Assembly: GCA_905182015.1 (NCBI GenBank)
Contig: CAJIZT010000007.1
Span: forward strand, 147,570 to 211,569
Direction of reading: 5' to 3'
From: an alpha proteobacterium MED-G09
GTDB taxonomy: Bacteria > Pseudomonadota > Alphaproteobacteria > MED-G09
Length of the DNA stretch: 64,000 nucleotides
Made by a program: the position numbers and the translations under genes. Under the pieces are notes generated by a model. The model saw nothing but the letters and a program-made list of their open reading frames with translations. It made no database searches and was not told the DNA's origin. How positions within the stretch are numbered: position 1 is the first letter of the stretch; the number at the start of each line of letters is the position of its first letter. This document shows, one piece after another, positions 40,693 to 50,684 of this stretch.

Positions 40693-42094
40693 TCTTTAGC
40701 CTTTTAATCCAATCATTAGCTGCTTTCTTAACATTTCTTGGAGAGGTTCCACCTTCTGATTTTTTTCTATTAACTGATTTCTCCGCACTTAAAACATTAT
40801 AAATATCTTCATTTATTCTTTTATCGAATTTTTTTAGATTATCTATATCTATCTTATCCAGAGTCATATTCTCTGTAATGCAATGCTTAACAATCTCACC
40901 AGTTACCTTGTGTGCCGATCTGAAGGGCATGTCTAACTCTTGGACAAGCCAGTCTGCTAAATCTGTTGCAGTTGAAAACTGATTGGATGCAGCCTCACTC
41001 ATATTCTTGATATTTGGCTTCATACTTTGAACCATCGCAGTCATCGCTTGCAGACACATTATGATATTATCTAAAGCATCGAATGTTGGCTCTTTATCTT
41101 CCTGCAAATCTTTTGAATAAGCTAGTGGAAGGCCCTTAATCACAACTAACATTGTTATTAAAGATCCTATTAACCTCCCGGACTTTCCTCTTACAAGTTC
41201 TGCAAGATCAGGATTTTTCTTTTGCGGCATAATGGAGGAGCCAGTTGTGAGATCGTCTGGCAATTCAATAAAGTTAAATCCATCTGAGAGCCATAAAACA
41301 ATTTCCTCTGCAAATCTAGACAAGTGAACTGAGCATATGGCTATTGATGACATTGTTTCTAGTACAAAGTCTCTCGATGAAACTGCATCTAAAGAATTTC
41401 TCATAGGATTATTGAATCCTAGTGCCTTTGTTGTCATTTTTCTATTTATAGGAAATGAGGTACCCGAGATGGCCCCTGAGCCTAAAGGATTCTCGTTTAA
41501 TCTTTTAGTACAATCAATAATCCTACCTTTGTCCCTGGATAACATTTCAACATAAGCTAGGAGGTGATGGCCCATAGTAATTGGTTGAGCTGTTTGCATG
41601 TGTGTAAAGCCAGGCATTAGTGTTTTATAATTTTCCTCCGCTTTTTCTGCTAAAGTCATTTGAAGAGAGGATATCTGTCCTATTATTTCAGAGTTTTTTT
41701 TTCTAACATAAAGCCTAAGATCAGTTGCCACTTGATCATTTCTTGATCTTCCAGTGTGGAGCCTTTTTGCTGGTTCACCAATATCCTTATGAAGCTTTGA
41801 TTCTATATTCATATGAATATCTTCTAGTTCTTTATCTAGACTAAATTTTCCTTTATTAAACTGAATTCTGATTCTCTTGAGACCTGCTATTATTGATACT
41901 GAATCTTTCTTTGAAATTATTTTACAGTTTGCTAGCATTTGTGCATGAGCAATTGAGGCTTCAACATCATCGTCAAATAGTTTATAATCAAAATCAATTG
42001 AAGAATTAACATTTTGTAAAAGCTTTGAGGGCTCTGAGGAAAATCTTCCTCCCCACATTTTATTTTTTGAGGTCTTCTTAACCATATTTTTCAA
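40685..42094 (-). CDS. argH: Argininosuccinate lyase
   Basis: MWGGRF, HTGRSRNDQ, GSSIMPQKKNPD, DLQEDKE. Confidence 0.98.
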   Translation of the reverse strand: MKNMVKKTSKNKMWGGRFSSEPSKLLQNVNSSIDFDYKLFDDDVEASIAHAQMLANCKIISKKDSVSIIAGLKRIRIQFNKGKFSLDKELEDIHMNIESKLHKDIGEPAKRLHTGRSRNDQVATDLRLYVRKKNSEIIGQISSLQMTLAEKAEENYKTLMPGFTHMQTAQPITMGHHLLAYVEMLSRDKGRIIDCTKRLNENPLGSGAISGTSFPINRKMTTKALGFNNPMRNSLDAVSSRDFVLETMSSIAICSVHLSRFAEEIVLWLSDGFNFIELPDDLTTGSSIMPQKKNPDLAELVRGKSGRLIGSLITMLVVIKGLPLAYSKDLQEDKEPTFDALDNIIMCLQAMTAMVQSMKPNIKNMSEAASNQFSTATDLADWLVQELDMPFRSAHKVTGEIVKHCITENMTLDKIDIDNLKKFDKRINEDIYNVLSAEKSVNRKKSEGGTSPRNVKKAANDWIKRLKNE

Positions 42095-42121
42095 CCTGTT
42101 AATTTATTAAGGTAGTAACTA

Positions 42122-42667
42122 ATGAATATATTAAAAAAACCACTCTTAATAGGCTTAATTATCATATCTTTTTCTGTGTTTGTATTTATTAATTATTCTA
42201 GTAATAAAAATAATAAAATATTCACAAAATTCATCAATGATACATCGTTAGAAACTGTAAGCTTTCTTAATAAAGATCAAAAAAAATTCTTTTTATCTGA
42301 TTTTAAAGGAAAAGTCTTGCTGGTAAATCTTTGGGCTACTTGGTGTCTTCCTTGCAAGATAGAGATGCCATCCCTAGATAGATTACAAAAAAACCTCGGG
42401 GATAATAATTTTGAAGTTATTGCAATAGCCGTAGAGAAAACTAATATTTCAAAAATTATTGATTTTTATAAGGAAACTAATATTGATCATTTAAAAATTT
42501 ATCAGGACAAAACAACGAAGTCTGGCTTATACACTAAAGCTACCGGATTACCATTAACGCTTCTTATCGGAAAAAATGGTGAAGAGATCGGGCGCAGGAA
42601 TGGACCATGGGAATGGGATTCAGACGAAGTGATGAGTATTATTCAAGAGCTAAAAACAGCTAATTAA
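42122..42667 (+). CDS. tlpA: TlpA family thiol-disulfide oxidoreductase
   Basis: N-terminal TM, NLWATWCLPCKIEMPSL, GLP.T; divergent from argH. Confidence 0.88.
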   Translation: MNILKKPLLIGLIIISFSVFVFINYSSNKNNKIFTKFINDTSLETVSFLNKDQKKFFLSDFKGKVLLVNLWATWCLPCKIEMPSLDRLQKNLGDNNFEVIAIAVEKTNISKIIDFYKETNIDHLKIYQDKTTKSGLYTKATGLPLTLLIGKNGEEIGRRNGPWEWDSDEVMSIIQELKTAN

Positions 42668-42668
42668 A

Positions 42669-43598
42669 CTAGCCTAAAGCTTCATTAAGCTCTGGAATAG
42701 CTTTGAACAAGTCAGCCACTAGACCATAATCAGCAACTTGAAAAATTGGCGCCTCTTCATCCTTGTTGATCGCCACTATTACTTTTGAATCCTTCATTCC
42801 AGCAAGATGTTGTATAGCTCCCGATATACCGACAGCAATATAAAGGTCGGGTGCTACGACCTTTCCCGTTTGACCAACCTGGTAATCGTTTGGAACAAAG
42901 CCGGCATCAACAGCTGCTCTTGATGCACCAAGGGCTGCACCAAGTTTATCGGCAACACCCTCTAGGAGAACAAAATTTTCACCATTTTGCATACCACGTC
43001 CACCAGAAATTATAATTTTTGCTGCAGTTAGTTCAGGCCTATCTGACTTTGTTAATTCTTCAGAAATATATACTGATAGATTTTTATCATCAACATTTTC
43101 TATATTTTCAATGGGAGCTGGATCTTGATCTCCTACTGCTTGGAAAGAAGGGGCTCGTAATGTTATTACCTTTTTATTTGATAGTGATTTCACAGTTTGA
43201 ATAGCATTACCGGCATATATTGGTCTATCAAATGTTTCAGAATCAATAACATTAATAATTTCAGATATCTGAGGTATATCAAGAAGAGCCGCTACTCGTG
43301 GCATAAAATTTTTACCAGTAGTTAATGCCATTGCTAATATTGCATTATAGCTATCTGAAATTCCAACAACAAGATCCGCATACGATTCTGCCATGTGTTT
43401 TTCATATATTGGATTGTCACAAAGAAGGACTTTTGATACACCCTCAATTTTTGATACATCTTCAGCAATTCCCAAGCAATCTTTGCCGGCAACTAAGACA
43501 TGAACTTCTTCACCAATCTTGATAGCTGCGTCCATAGCTTTCTTGTTAGATTCATTTAGGATTTTATTATCATGCTCTGCAATTAATAATGTAGTCAT
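42669..43598 (-). CDS. etfA: Electron transfer flavoprotein alpha subunit
   Basis: [36 protein letters not shown]. Confidence 0.98.
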   Translation of the reverse strand: MTTLLIAEHDNKILNESNKKAMDAAIKIGEEVHVLVAGKDCLGIAEDVSKIEGVSKVLLCDNPIYEKHMAESYADLVVGISDSYNAILAMALTTGKNFMPRVAALLDIPQISEIINVIDSETFDRPIYAGNAIQTVKSLSNKKVITLRAPSFQAVGDQDPAPIENIENVDDKNLSVYISEELTKSDRPELTAAKIIISGGRGMQNGENFVLLEGVADKLGAALGASRAAVDAGFVPNDYQVGQTGKVVAPDLYIAVGISGAIQHLAGMKDSKVIVAINKDEEAPIFQVADYGLVADLFKAIPELNEALG

Positions 43599-43599
43599 T

Positions 43600-44349
43600 T
43601 TAAATAACTCCTGCTTCATTTTTTAATTTATCAACTAATTCTTCTACAGTTTCTACTTTTATACCTGCTTCTCTTTGGGCTGGCTCAGAAACTTTTAAAA
43701 TCTCAAGCATAGGAGAGATTTGAATATTATAGTCTTCAGGACTTTTTTCATCTATAGGTTTTTTCTTTGCTTTCATTATATTTGGAAGAGATGCATACCT
43801 TGGCTCGTTGAGCCTAAGATCTGTTGTAATAATTGATGGTAATTTAATATCAATTGTTTGAAGACCACCATCAATTTCTCTTATCACATTAATCTTACCA
43901 TCAGAGAATTTTAATTCAGATGCAAAAGTTCCTTGTGACCAACCTAATAAAGCAGCTAACATTTGGCCCGTTTGATTGCTATCGTCATCAATGGCCTGCT
44001 TACCTAAAATAATTATCTCTGGATTCTCCTCTTCTGAAACTCCCTTAATAAGCTTTGCAACATTTAACGGCTCTACTAATTCATCGGTCTTAATTAAAAT
44101 ACCTCTATCTGCTCCCATTGCTAATGCTGTACGAATAGTTTCTTGTGCTTGCTGAGGGCCAATTGAAATTACAATAATTTCTGACACAGTACCCGCTTCC
44201 TTTAGCCTTATCGCTTCTTCAACAGCTATTTCATCGAAAGGATTCATAGACATTTTAATATTAGATAATTCTACACCAGAATTATCCGACTTGACGCGGA
44301 TTTTGACATTATAATCAACTACTCTTTTAATGGGCACAAGAACCTTCAT
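43600..44349 (-). CDS. etfB: Electron transfer flavoprotein beta subunit
   Basis: [40 protein letters not shown]. Confidence 0.98.
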   Translation of the reverse strand: MKVLVPIKRVVDYNVKIRVKSDNSGVELSNIKMSMNPFDEIAVEEAIRLKEAGTVSEIIVISIGPQQAQETIRTALAMGADRGILIKTDELVEPLNVAKLIKGVSEEENPEIIILGKQAIDDDSNQTGQMLAALLGWSQGTFASELKFSDGKINVIREIDGGLQTIDIKLPSIITTDLRLNEPRYASLPNIMKAKKKPIDEKSPEDYNIQISPMLEILKVSEPAQREAGIKVETVEELVDKLKNEAGVI

Positions 44350-44386
44350 TTTCAATCTCCGACTTAGTTCAACATATTATTTTCAG

Positions 44387-44415
44387 AAACTAAAACCACT
44401 GACCATTCGTGTCAA
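44387..44415 (-). promoter_or_regulatory. Sigma70 promoter of etfBA with overlapping inverted repeat
   Basis: TTGACA-17 nt-TAGTTT; TGAC-N7-GTCA overlaps the -35. Confidence 0.65.
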
Positions 44416-44427
44416 TCGAACATTTCA

Positions 44428-44453
44428 AATAGATATAATTAATTATACCTATT
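44428..44453. repeat. 26-bp near-perfect palindrome between the adenosyltransferase gene and the etfB promoter
   Basis: AATAGATATAATT/AATTATACCTATT with one mismatch. Confidence 0.7.
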
Positions 44454-44473
44454 ACATATTAATGCTCAAAGCT

Positions 44474-45067
44474 TTAGTTGTTGTTGTTTGTTTCTCCCGG
44501 CCTCCAAAGGGTATCACCTTGACCGCCTTGACCGGTCTGATTTGCATACCGGGCTGCAACAAAACAAAGATCGGAAAGCCTATTTACATACCTTAATGAC
44601 ACCAACGAGACTGAATTTTTCTCTAATAATGATAATTGTACCATTAATCTCTCAGCTCGTCTTATAACCGTTCTAGCTAAGTGAAGGTAAGAGGAAGCAG
44701 GAGTCCCCCCTGGTAAAACAAAAGATCTTAAGGGTTCAAGGTTAATATTTAATTGATCAATCTCCTGTTCAACTCTATCCACTTGCTGTTGCACTATGGT
44801 AAGACCCTTTGAGCCTTCTTTGGGAGGCGAAGATAGTTCTGCACCAAGGTCAAAAAGTTCATTTTGAATTGAACCTAAGAATGTATCAAGAATTATAAGC
44901 TCTGAAGTTTTTGTATAAGCTCTAACTATTCCGATGATAGAGTTTGCTTCATCAATTGTTCCATACGTCTCAACCCTTATATCATCTTTAGATACTCTTG
45001 AGCCGTCACTAAGACTTGTTGAACCTTTATCACCAGTTTTTGTATATATTTTATTTAGTATAACCAT
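44474..45067 (-). CDS. PduO-type ATP:cob(I)alamin adenosyltransferase
   Basis: KIYTKTGDKG, YGTIDEANS, FVLPGG, RTVIRRAER, YVNRLSD. Confidence 0.95.
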   Translation of the reverse strand: MVILNKIYTKTGDKGSTSLSDGSRVSKDDIRVETYGTIDEANSIIGIVRAYTKTSELIILDTFLGSIQNELFDLGAELSSPPKEGSKGLTIVQQQVDRVEQEIDQLNINLEPLRSFVLPGGTPASSYLHLARTVIRRAERLMVQLSLLEKNSVSLVSLRYVNRLSDLCFVAARYANQTGQGGQGDTLWRPGETNNNN

Positions 45068-45576
45068 TAATTAATTTTCCAGGCGAGACGCAAGCCGACG
45101 CTAGTAAGGCCTTGGTTTGGATCACATAGACTGCCATTAGACATGTGCTGAGCAGATAGTTGTAAAATTGTGTTTTCTCTGACTTTATAACCAAAAGCAA
45201 TCATCTCTCTAAAATTTATTTTACATCCAAACCCAAGTTTATTGTTCTTTATATCGCGCTCACCAGAATGAAGTGCTGCTCCAAAAGCAAGTTCTCCGGA
45301 GAATTTCCCTTTTTTAAAGATCTCCCATGTTGATCCGGCATAAATTAAGTGAGTATTATTAGCTAAGCTAATTTGCGTTCCTAGGTGAGGCCTTCCTAGG
45401 TATGGGTGCCACTTCTCTGGCTTATCAAAAATTTTTTCAAAAGATAGTGATGGACCACCCTCCACCCTTCTTTCAACATCGTGCATTGATAGCCCCAGCC
45501 TGTATTCTGCAGCTTTAGTTGGAATTGTGGATGTTAAAACAAAAAAGAGAAGTAATAGTATTATATTTTTTTTCAA
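45067..45576 (-). CDS. PagL-like lipid A 3-O-deacylase / acyloxyacyl hydrolase
   Basis: Signal peptide, RPHLG, GCKINFRE, HMSNG (HxSN), NQGLT. Confidence 0.82.
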   Translation of the reverse strand: MKKNIILLLLFFVLTSTIPTKAAEYRLGLSMHDVERRVEGGPSLSFEKIFDKPEKWHPYLGRPHLGTQISLANNTHLIYAGSTWEIFKKGKFSGELAFGAALHSGERDIKNNKLGFGCKINFREMIAFGYKVRENTILQLSAQHMSNGSLCDPNQGLTSVGLRLAWKIN

Positions 45577-45660
45577 TTAGTGCTCCATAAAATTAATATA
45601 ATTTTAATTATAAGTAACTAAAAATTTAATCTAATAGGCTATAGAAAGTAAAATTTAAAA

Positions 45661-47295
45661 TTATTTGTTTTTATTTTCCATAAGCCTTCTCGCGATTACC
45701 TGTGCTTGGATCTCAGCTGTTCCTTCAAAAATACTTAATATTCTGGCATCAGCTAGAATTCTACTTATAGGGGTTTCCATAGCAAATCCCATTCCGCCAT
45801 GTATCTGCAATGCATTATCGGCTGATGACCAAGCAACTCTCGCACCCAAGAGTTTCGCCATTCCCGCCTCCATATCACACCTTTGGTTTGAGTCTTTAAT
45901 ATTAGCTGCATGAAATGTTAGCTGCCTTACAATCATTGTTTCAGCAAACATCATTATTAACTTTTCACTTATTCTAGGAAATTCAATTAATTTTTTACTA
46001 AATTGAATTCTATCAGTGGCATATGATAGGGCAACGTCACAAGCATTTTGAGATACACCTATTGCCCTTGCAGCTGTTTGTATTCTAGCAGATTCAAAAG
46101 TTGACATTAAATGAATAAACCCCTTTCCTTCGACTCCCCCCAGAAGATTTTCAGAAGGAATTTCAAAGCCGTCAAAGGCAATATCGAACTCTTTCATACC
46201 CCGATAACCAATTACATTGATCTCTCCGCCGCTCATGCCATCGGCAGGGAAAAATTCATTTACATTTTCTCTTGGTTTTTCTGCAAGAAACATTGAAAGA
46301 CCCTTGTGATCAGATAGATCATTATTTGTTCTCACCAGAAGAGTCATTAGATCGGCCCTTGCCCCATGGGTAATCCATGTTTTATTCCCCTGAATTAGGT
46401 ATTGATCACCATGAATTGTACCTCTTGTTTTTAAGTGGGCTAAATCCGAACCAATATCAGGCTCTGAAAAAACCGCAGTTGGAAAAATTTCTCCACTTGC
46501 GATATCTTTAAGATATTTCTTCTTTTGGTTTTCTGTTCCGCCAATCAATATTAGCTCTGCGGCTATTTCTGAACGTGTTCCAAGTGAGCCAACTCCGATC
46601 CAACCTCGAGATAGTTCTTCAGATACAATGCACATAGCTTTTTTTTCTAACCCAAGACCACCATACTTTTCAGGAATTGTTAATCCGAATACCCCTAAGT
46701 CTGCCATTTTTTTTATTACATCTAACGGGATATATTCGTCGTTTAGGTGCCATTTATGAGCATTTGGAGAAATTTCTTCATCTACAAATCTTTTGAATTG
46801 ATTTTTTATTTCTTGAAATGTTTCATCAAGACCGTCGTCTGGACTTATTCCAGATTCCTTACTGTCTAACAGTAACTTCATTACTCGATTTTTTTCTTTA
46901 CTAGAGGATCGCTCAACCAAGGGTTTAGAAATTTTTCTGAAATTCTCTAAAGTTAAGCTAGAAATTTTTAATTCATGAGGTCTTATAGTCTCATTTTGAC
47001 TCATCGGTATGCCATGAAGAATTTGTAAACAGTATTCTCCTGCGCCGATACCAGCCAATCCTTCTTCGAGAGGCGTTAATCTACTTTGATTATTTAGATT
47101 TTCGATCCAATTTTTTAATTGAGATATAGCTTCGATATATGTCGCGTACCATGCAATTCCATGACCTATATGTTGATTTAAATTAAGGTTATTAATATCG
47201 CTTAGGTTTTTATTATTATCTTTTGCTTCTGAGAGTATATCTTTTGATGCATTAAAGGCACCTTCAATTTCTTGAACCAAATTGATGCTTTTCAT
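45661..47295 (-). CDS. mcd: Acyl-CoA dehydrogenase, probably (2S)-methylsuccinyl-CoA dehydrogenase
   Basis: Long N-terminal extension (HGIAWYATY, GIPMSQNE), SEELSRGWIGVGSLGTRSEIAAELI, FESARIQTAARA. Confidence 0.8.
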   Translation of the reverse strand: MKSINLVQEIEGAFNASKDILSEAKDNNKNLSDINNLNLNQHIGHGIAWYATYIEAISQLKNWIENLNNQSRLTPLEEGLAGIGAGEYCLQILHGIPMSQNETIRPHELKISSLTLENFRKISKPLVERSSSKEKNRVMKLLLDSKESGISPDDGLDETFQEIKNQFKRFVDEEISPNAHKWHLNDEYIPLDVIKKMADLGVFGLTIPEKYGGLGLEKKAMCIVSEELSRGWIGVGSLGTRSEIAAELILIGGTENQKKKYLKDIASGEIFPTAVFSEPDIGSDLAHLKTRGTIHGDQYLIQGNKTWITHGARADLMTLLVRTNNDLSDHKGLSMFLAEKPRENVNEFFPADGMSGGEINVIGYRGMKEFDIAFDGFEIPSENLLGGVEGKGFIHLMSTFESARIQTAARAIGVSQNACDVALSYATDRIQFSKKLIEFPRISEKLIMMFAETMIVRQLTFHAANIKDSNQRCDMEAGMAKLLGARVAWSSADNALQIHGGMGFAMETPISRILADARILSIFEGTAEIQAQVIARRLMENKNK

Positions 47296-47400
47296 ATTTT
47301 AAATCTCGCTGATAATCATTAATAATTTAATATGTTTTTTTATCACATTTTTATGAATTATGGCTAGGTCATTTTAACGCACCAGATATTTTTTCTTAAA

Positions 47401-48303
47401 CTAGATATCAAATGGAAGAGGTTCTAATGACTGAACCATTGATAGGATCTTTTCTCTTGATACGCCTTCTTCTCTAAGTGACTTTATTGATGTGGAGTTA
47501 TTGGATTTTGCTAGTTTTATTCCACCCCCCTCCCTTAATAAATTATGATGATACCAACTAGTTTCTGGTAAATTTAAAATTATCTGTAAAAGTCTGTGTA
47601 TTGATGTCGCAGGATATAAATCCAAACCTCTAGTAACAAGGTTGATTCCTTGTTCAGCGTCATCAATCGTGACCGAAAGATGATAAGATGTTGGCATTTC
47701 TTTTCTGCCAATTACAAAGTCTCCATAAAGTGAGGGTTCTATATTTTTTTTACCTTTTGGCTCTAAACCAATCTCATTGTATGTAATTTTTTTACCATAC
47801 TTTTCTTGAGCGTAAGCTATCGCTTTATTTATATCAAGACGCCATGAAAAATCTATGCCGCTCAGCATCATATTAGATTTTTTAACTTTTGAGATTTCTT
47901 TATATATTCCTGGATAAATATATTGTCCATCAGGGTCAATCGGCCAAGAAGAAAGACTGGTTAAATTTTTTTTAATTTCTTTTTTAATTTCTGATCGACT
48001 CGCCCAGCATGGATATATTAAATTTAAGTCACGCAATTTCCTTATATAAGACTCATAATTACTAAAGAATTCAGATTGTCGTCTTACATCCTTTTCATAT
48101 TTTATTTTTAGCCATGCTAGATCGTCATAAATAGAATCCTCAAAACCTTTCTTACATCTGCCGATATCAATATCCTCAATTCTTAGAAAGAATTTACCAT
48201 TATTTTTACTAGCTAAATTTTGACCCACGATTGCAGAAAAGGCATGACCAAGATGTAGGTAACCATTTGGACTGGGTGCGAATCTAGTATTATATTTTAT
48301 CAT
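47401..48303 (-). CDS. gluQ: Glutamyl-queuosine tRNA(Asp) synthetase
   Basis: RFAPSPNGYLHLGH, LRIEDID, SYHLSV..DD, RGLDL, KLAKS; no anticodon domain. Confidence 0.92.
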   Translation of the reverse strand: MIKYNTRFAPSPNGYLHLGHAFSAIVGQNLASKNNGKFFLRIEDIDIGRCKKGFEDSIYDDLAWLKIKYEKDVRRQSEFFSNYESYIRKLRDLNLIYPCWASRSEIKKEIKKNLTSLSSWPIDPDGQYIYPGIYKEISKVKKSNMMLSGIDFSWRLDINKAIAYAQEKYGKKITYNEIGLEPKGKKNIEPSLYGDFVIGRKEMPTSYHLSVTIDDAEQGINLVTRGLDLYPATSIHRLLQIILNLPETSWYHHNLLREGGGIKLAKSNNSTSIKSLREEGVSREKILSMVQSLEPLPFDI

Positions 48304-48354
48304 TATTTTTATAAAATTATTTTTTTTTAAATAGAATCATTATTAATATTAAAT

Positions 48355-48930
48355 ATGTTATCTGAATTAAATTTATCAGTAAATCAACACCCAGACTCTT
48401 GCCCTGCTTTGGTCCTTAACGCTGACTTTAGGCCTCTTTCATACTACCCTCTTTCTTTGTGGTCTTGGCAGGATGCAATTAAAGCAGTATTTCTTGATAG
48501 AGTAAATATTGTTTCAAGTTATGATAAAGCAGTGCATTCTCCAAGTTTTGAAATAAAGTTACCTTCTATTGTTTGTCTCAAGAATTACGTTAAACCTCCT
48601 CTATGGCCTGCCTTTACGAGATTTAATTTATTCCTGCGAGACAGATTTAGTTGCCAATATTGTGGTGTCAGTTCTGATTTAACTTTTGACCACTTACTAC
48701 CCCGCTCTAAGGGTGGTCAAACGACTTGGGAAAATGTTGTCACGGCATGCTCCAAATGCAATTTGAGGAAATCCAATCATTTATATCAGGAAGCTAATAT
48801 GAAGCCATCACAATGGCCCTATAAGCCTAATGTTCATGAATTACATAAGAATGGTAGATTATTTCCTCCCAATTTTCTTCATGATGGCTGGATGGATTAT
48901 CTTTACTGGGATTCAGAATTAGAGGCTTAA
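48355..48930 (+). CDS. HNH endonuclease family protein (conserved alphaproteobacterial type)
   Basis: LVLNADFRPLSYYPLS, CQYCG, TFDHLLPRSKGG, NVVTACSKCNLRK. Confidence 0.92.
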   Translation: MLSELNLSVNQHPDSCPALVLNADFRPLSYYPLSLWSWQDAIKAVFLDRVNIVSSYDKAVHSPSFEIKLPSIVCLKNYVKPPLWPAFTRFNLFLRDRFSCQYCGVSSDLTFDHLLPRSKGGQTTWENVVTACSKCNLRKSNHLYQEANMKPSQWPYKPNVHELHKNGRLFPPNFLHDGWMDYLYWDSELEA

Positions 48931-49454
48931 ATTTTTTCAGATAAATTTATTGCTGTTTTACAACCTATCTTAACCAATCTCTTAAAGGCTCTTAGGGTGG
49001 GAGTATTTTCTGATATCTCGTTTTTTGCAATTCTCTCATGCTCTATTTCTTCAACATGGAATTTCCTTATTGTTTCTAAGATATTAGATTCCTTACCTGA
49101 ATTTTCTAATTCCTTAATCTGATCTGAATAATGTCCATCTATAACATCCTCTACAGCTTCAGTGCATGCCATAACAGAATCTTTTCCAGCTATTGCAGAC
49201 ATAATACCTAAGGTGTATCCCGCTATGTTCCATAGTGGCATTAATACTGTGGGCCTAGTTCCCCTTTCATCAATAAGCCTATCAAATTCATCAGCATGAG
49301 CTTTTTCTCCTTGAGCCATTTCTAAAATAATTTCTGATGTTTTTTTATCACCAATTAATTTTAAAACTGAAAGTTGGCCTCTATATATTGCAATTGCACC
49401 ATGTTCTCCGGCATGATCAACTCTTATTATTTCATCTAACCGTTTTTTTTTCAT
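48927..49454 (-). CDS. coq7: Demethoxyubiquinone hydroxylase
   Basis: IRVDHAGEHGA..IY.GQ, E..H, CTEAVE.VI..HY..Q, E..H di-iron motifs. Confidence 0.93.
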   Translation of the reverse strand: MKKKRLDEIIRVDHAGEHGAIAIYRGQLSVLKLIGDKKTSEIILEMAQGEKAHADEFDRLIDERGTRPTVLMPLWNIAGYTLGIMSAIAGKDSVMACTEAVEDVIDGHYSDQIKELENSGKESNILETIRKFHVEEIEHERIAKNEISENTPTLRAFKRLVKIGCKTAINLSEKI

Positions 49455-49903
49455 TCTTTTTTCCAGATATTTTTACTTATAATTAAAGAAGTGAGTAATG
49501 AAAGAATAGAATTATAACTTGCTAATGATAACCCTAAAAATCTAAATGAGGCTTGATTACATTGTGGCGCAGATGGACTTGACTTCAACGTTTCGAGTAA
49601 GTCGGTGGCGTAGTTATTTTCTTTTGCTACGCAGGTTTGAAAGCCCTCCCAAAAGCCCCATTCTATTCCCGCATGCCATGCTGCCAACATTGAGTTTAAA
49701 AAAAGAAAAAATGAGATACACATTAAAAAGTAATTATTATTATTCTTTAGAATTAGGTTTGGAGTAATTGCTAGTACTAAAGAAACATACCATGCCCATC
49801 TTTGCTTTAGGCATAAGTCGCAAGGCTCAAGACCAATTATTTCCATTATATGAACCGTTATCAGAACAAGGGACGCTAGAAGTATAAAATTACGATTTAT
49901 CAA
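49451..49903 (-). CDS. dsbB: Disulfide bond formation protein B family
   Basis: PCDLCLKQR, HAGIEWGFWEG..C, second Cys pair, GLSLA.YN. Confidence 0.85.
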   Translation of the reverse strand: MINRNFILLASLVLITVHIMEIIGLEPCDLCLKQRWAWYVSLVLAITPNLILKNNNNYFLMCISFFLFLNSMLAAWHAGIEWGFWEGFQTCVAKENNYATDLLETLKSSPSAPQCNQASFRFLGLSLASYNSILSLLTSLIISKNIWKKE

Positions 49904-50481
49904 TTAAAAATTACCTTTTTAATTATAATGAATCCTATCAATGACACTAAAAGTATAATTGTTAATACAAAAAAGTATTTTTTTATAATATTCTCAGCCC
50001 TATTACCGAGCGATCGGCATAAAATTGCTTCAGATAAAAATCTTAAGCCTCTTGACGCTAAGCTAAAGATTATAAAAACAGGAAAAGAAATTCCGCTTAC
50101 TCCGGAGGCTATCGCAGCTATTTTATAAGGAATGGGAGTAAATCCAGCAATAAAGATGAATAAATAACCATATTCATTGATTGAAAGAGAAAATTCTTGA
50201 AATTTTTCAATTAAATCAAAATTTTCTATTATCTTAATGCCCACTGTATCAAACAGCAGAAAGCCGATCATGTATGCTATCGCGCCGCCAAGTACAGAAA
50301 ATAAAGTCGTATATAGGGCTAAAGATATTGCCCTGTCCTTATTGGCAAGAGCCATTGGTATTAAAAAAGTATCAGTTGGTATTGGAAGAAAAATACTTTC
50401 CGAAAATGATATTACATAAAGGTAGAGCGGGCTTCTTTTATCTTTTAGTATTTTATAAAATTTATTACTCAAAAAACTCAT
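49900..50481 (-). CDS. YqaA/DedA family membrane protein
   Basis: SFSESIFLPIP.D, GFTPIPYK, SRGLRF. Confidence 0.9.
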   Translation of the reverse strand: MSFLSNKFYKILKDKRSPLYLYVISFSESIFLPIPTDTFLIPMALANKDRAISLALYTTLFSVLGGAIAYMIGFLLFDTVGIKIIENFDLIEKFQEFSLSINEYGYLFIFIAGFTPIPYKIAAIASGVSGISFPVFIIFSLASRGLRFLSEAILCRSLGNRAENIIKKYFFVLTIILLVSLIGFIIIKKVIFN

Positions 50482-50492
50482 TCCTTAACCCA

Positions 50493-50579
50493 TGGTGCGG
50501 GTGGGGAGACTTGAACTCCCACTCAGTTGCCTGAACCAGATTTTGAATCTGGCGCGTCTACCGGTTCCGCCACACCCGC
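50493..50579 (-). tRNA. tRNA-Leu(CAA)
   Basis: GCGGGTG/CACCCGC acceptor, CCAGA-TTCAAAA-TCTGG anticodon arm, variable arm, GTTCAAGTC, CCA. Confidence 0.97.
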
Positions 50580-50684
50580 TTTTTATAATCATAAAACCTT
50601 AATTATAATATTTAATCCAATAAATTTGAAATAATTACTATTTATTTATCTTTGAAATTTAATTTTATTTTGTTAAAATCAATT

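Noticed and set aside
48355-48930. HNH nuclease as a mobile element or defence gene
   Set aside because: It matches a conserved alphaproteobacterial HNH family next to gluQ, with no intron, repeats, methylase or immunity partner.
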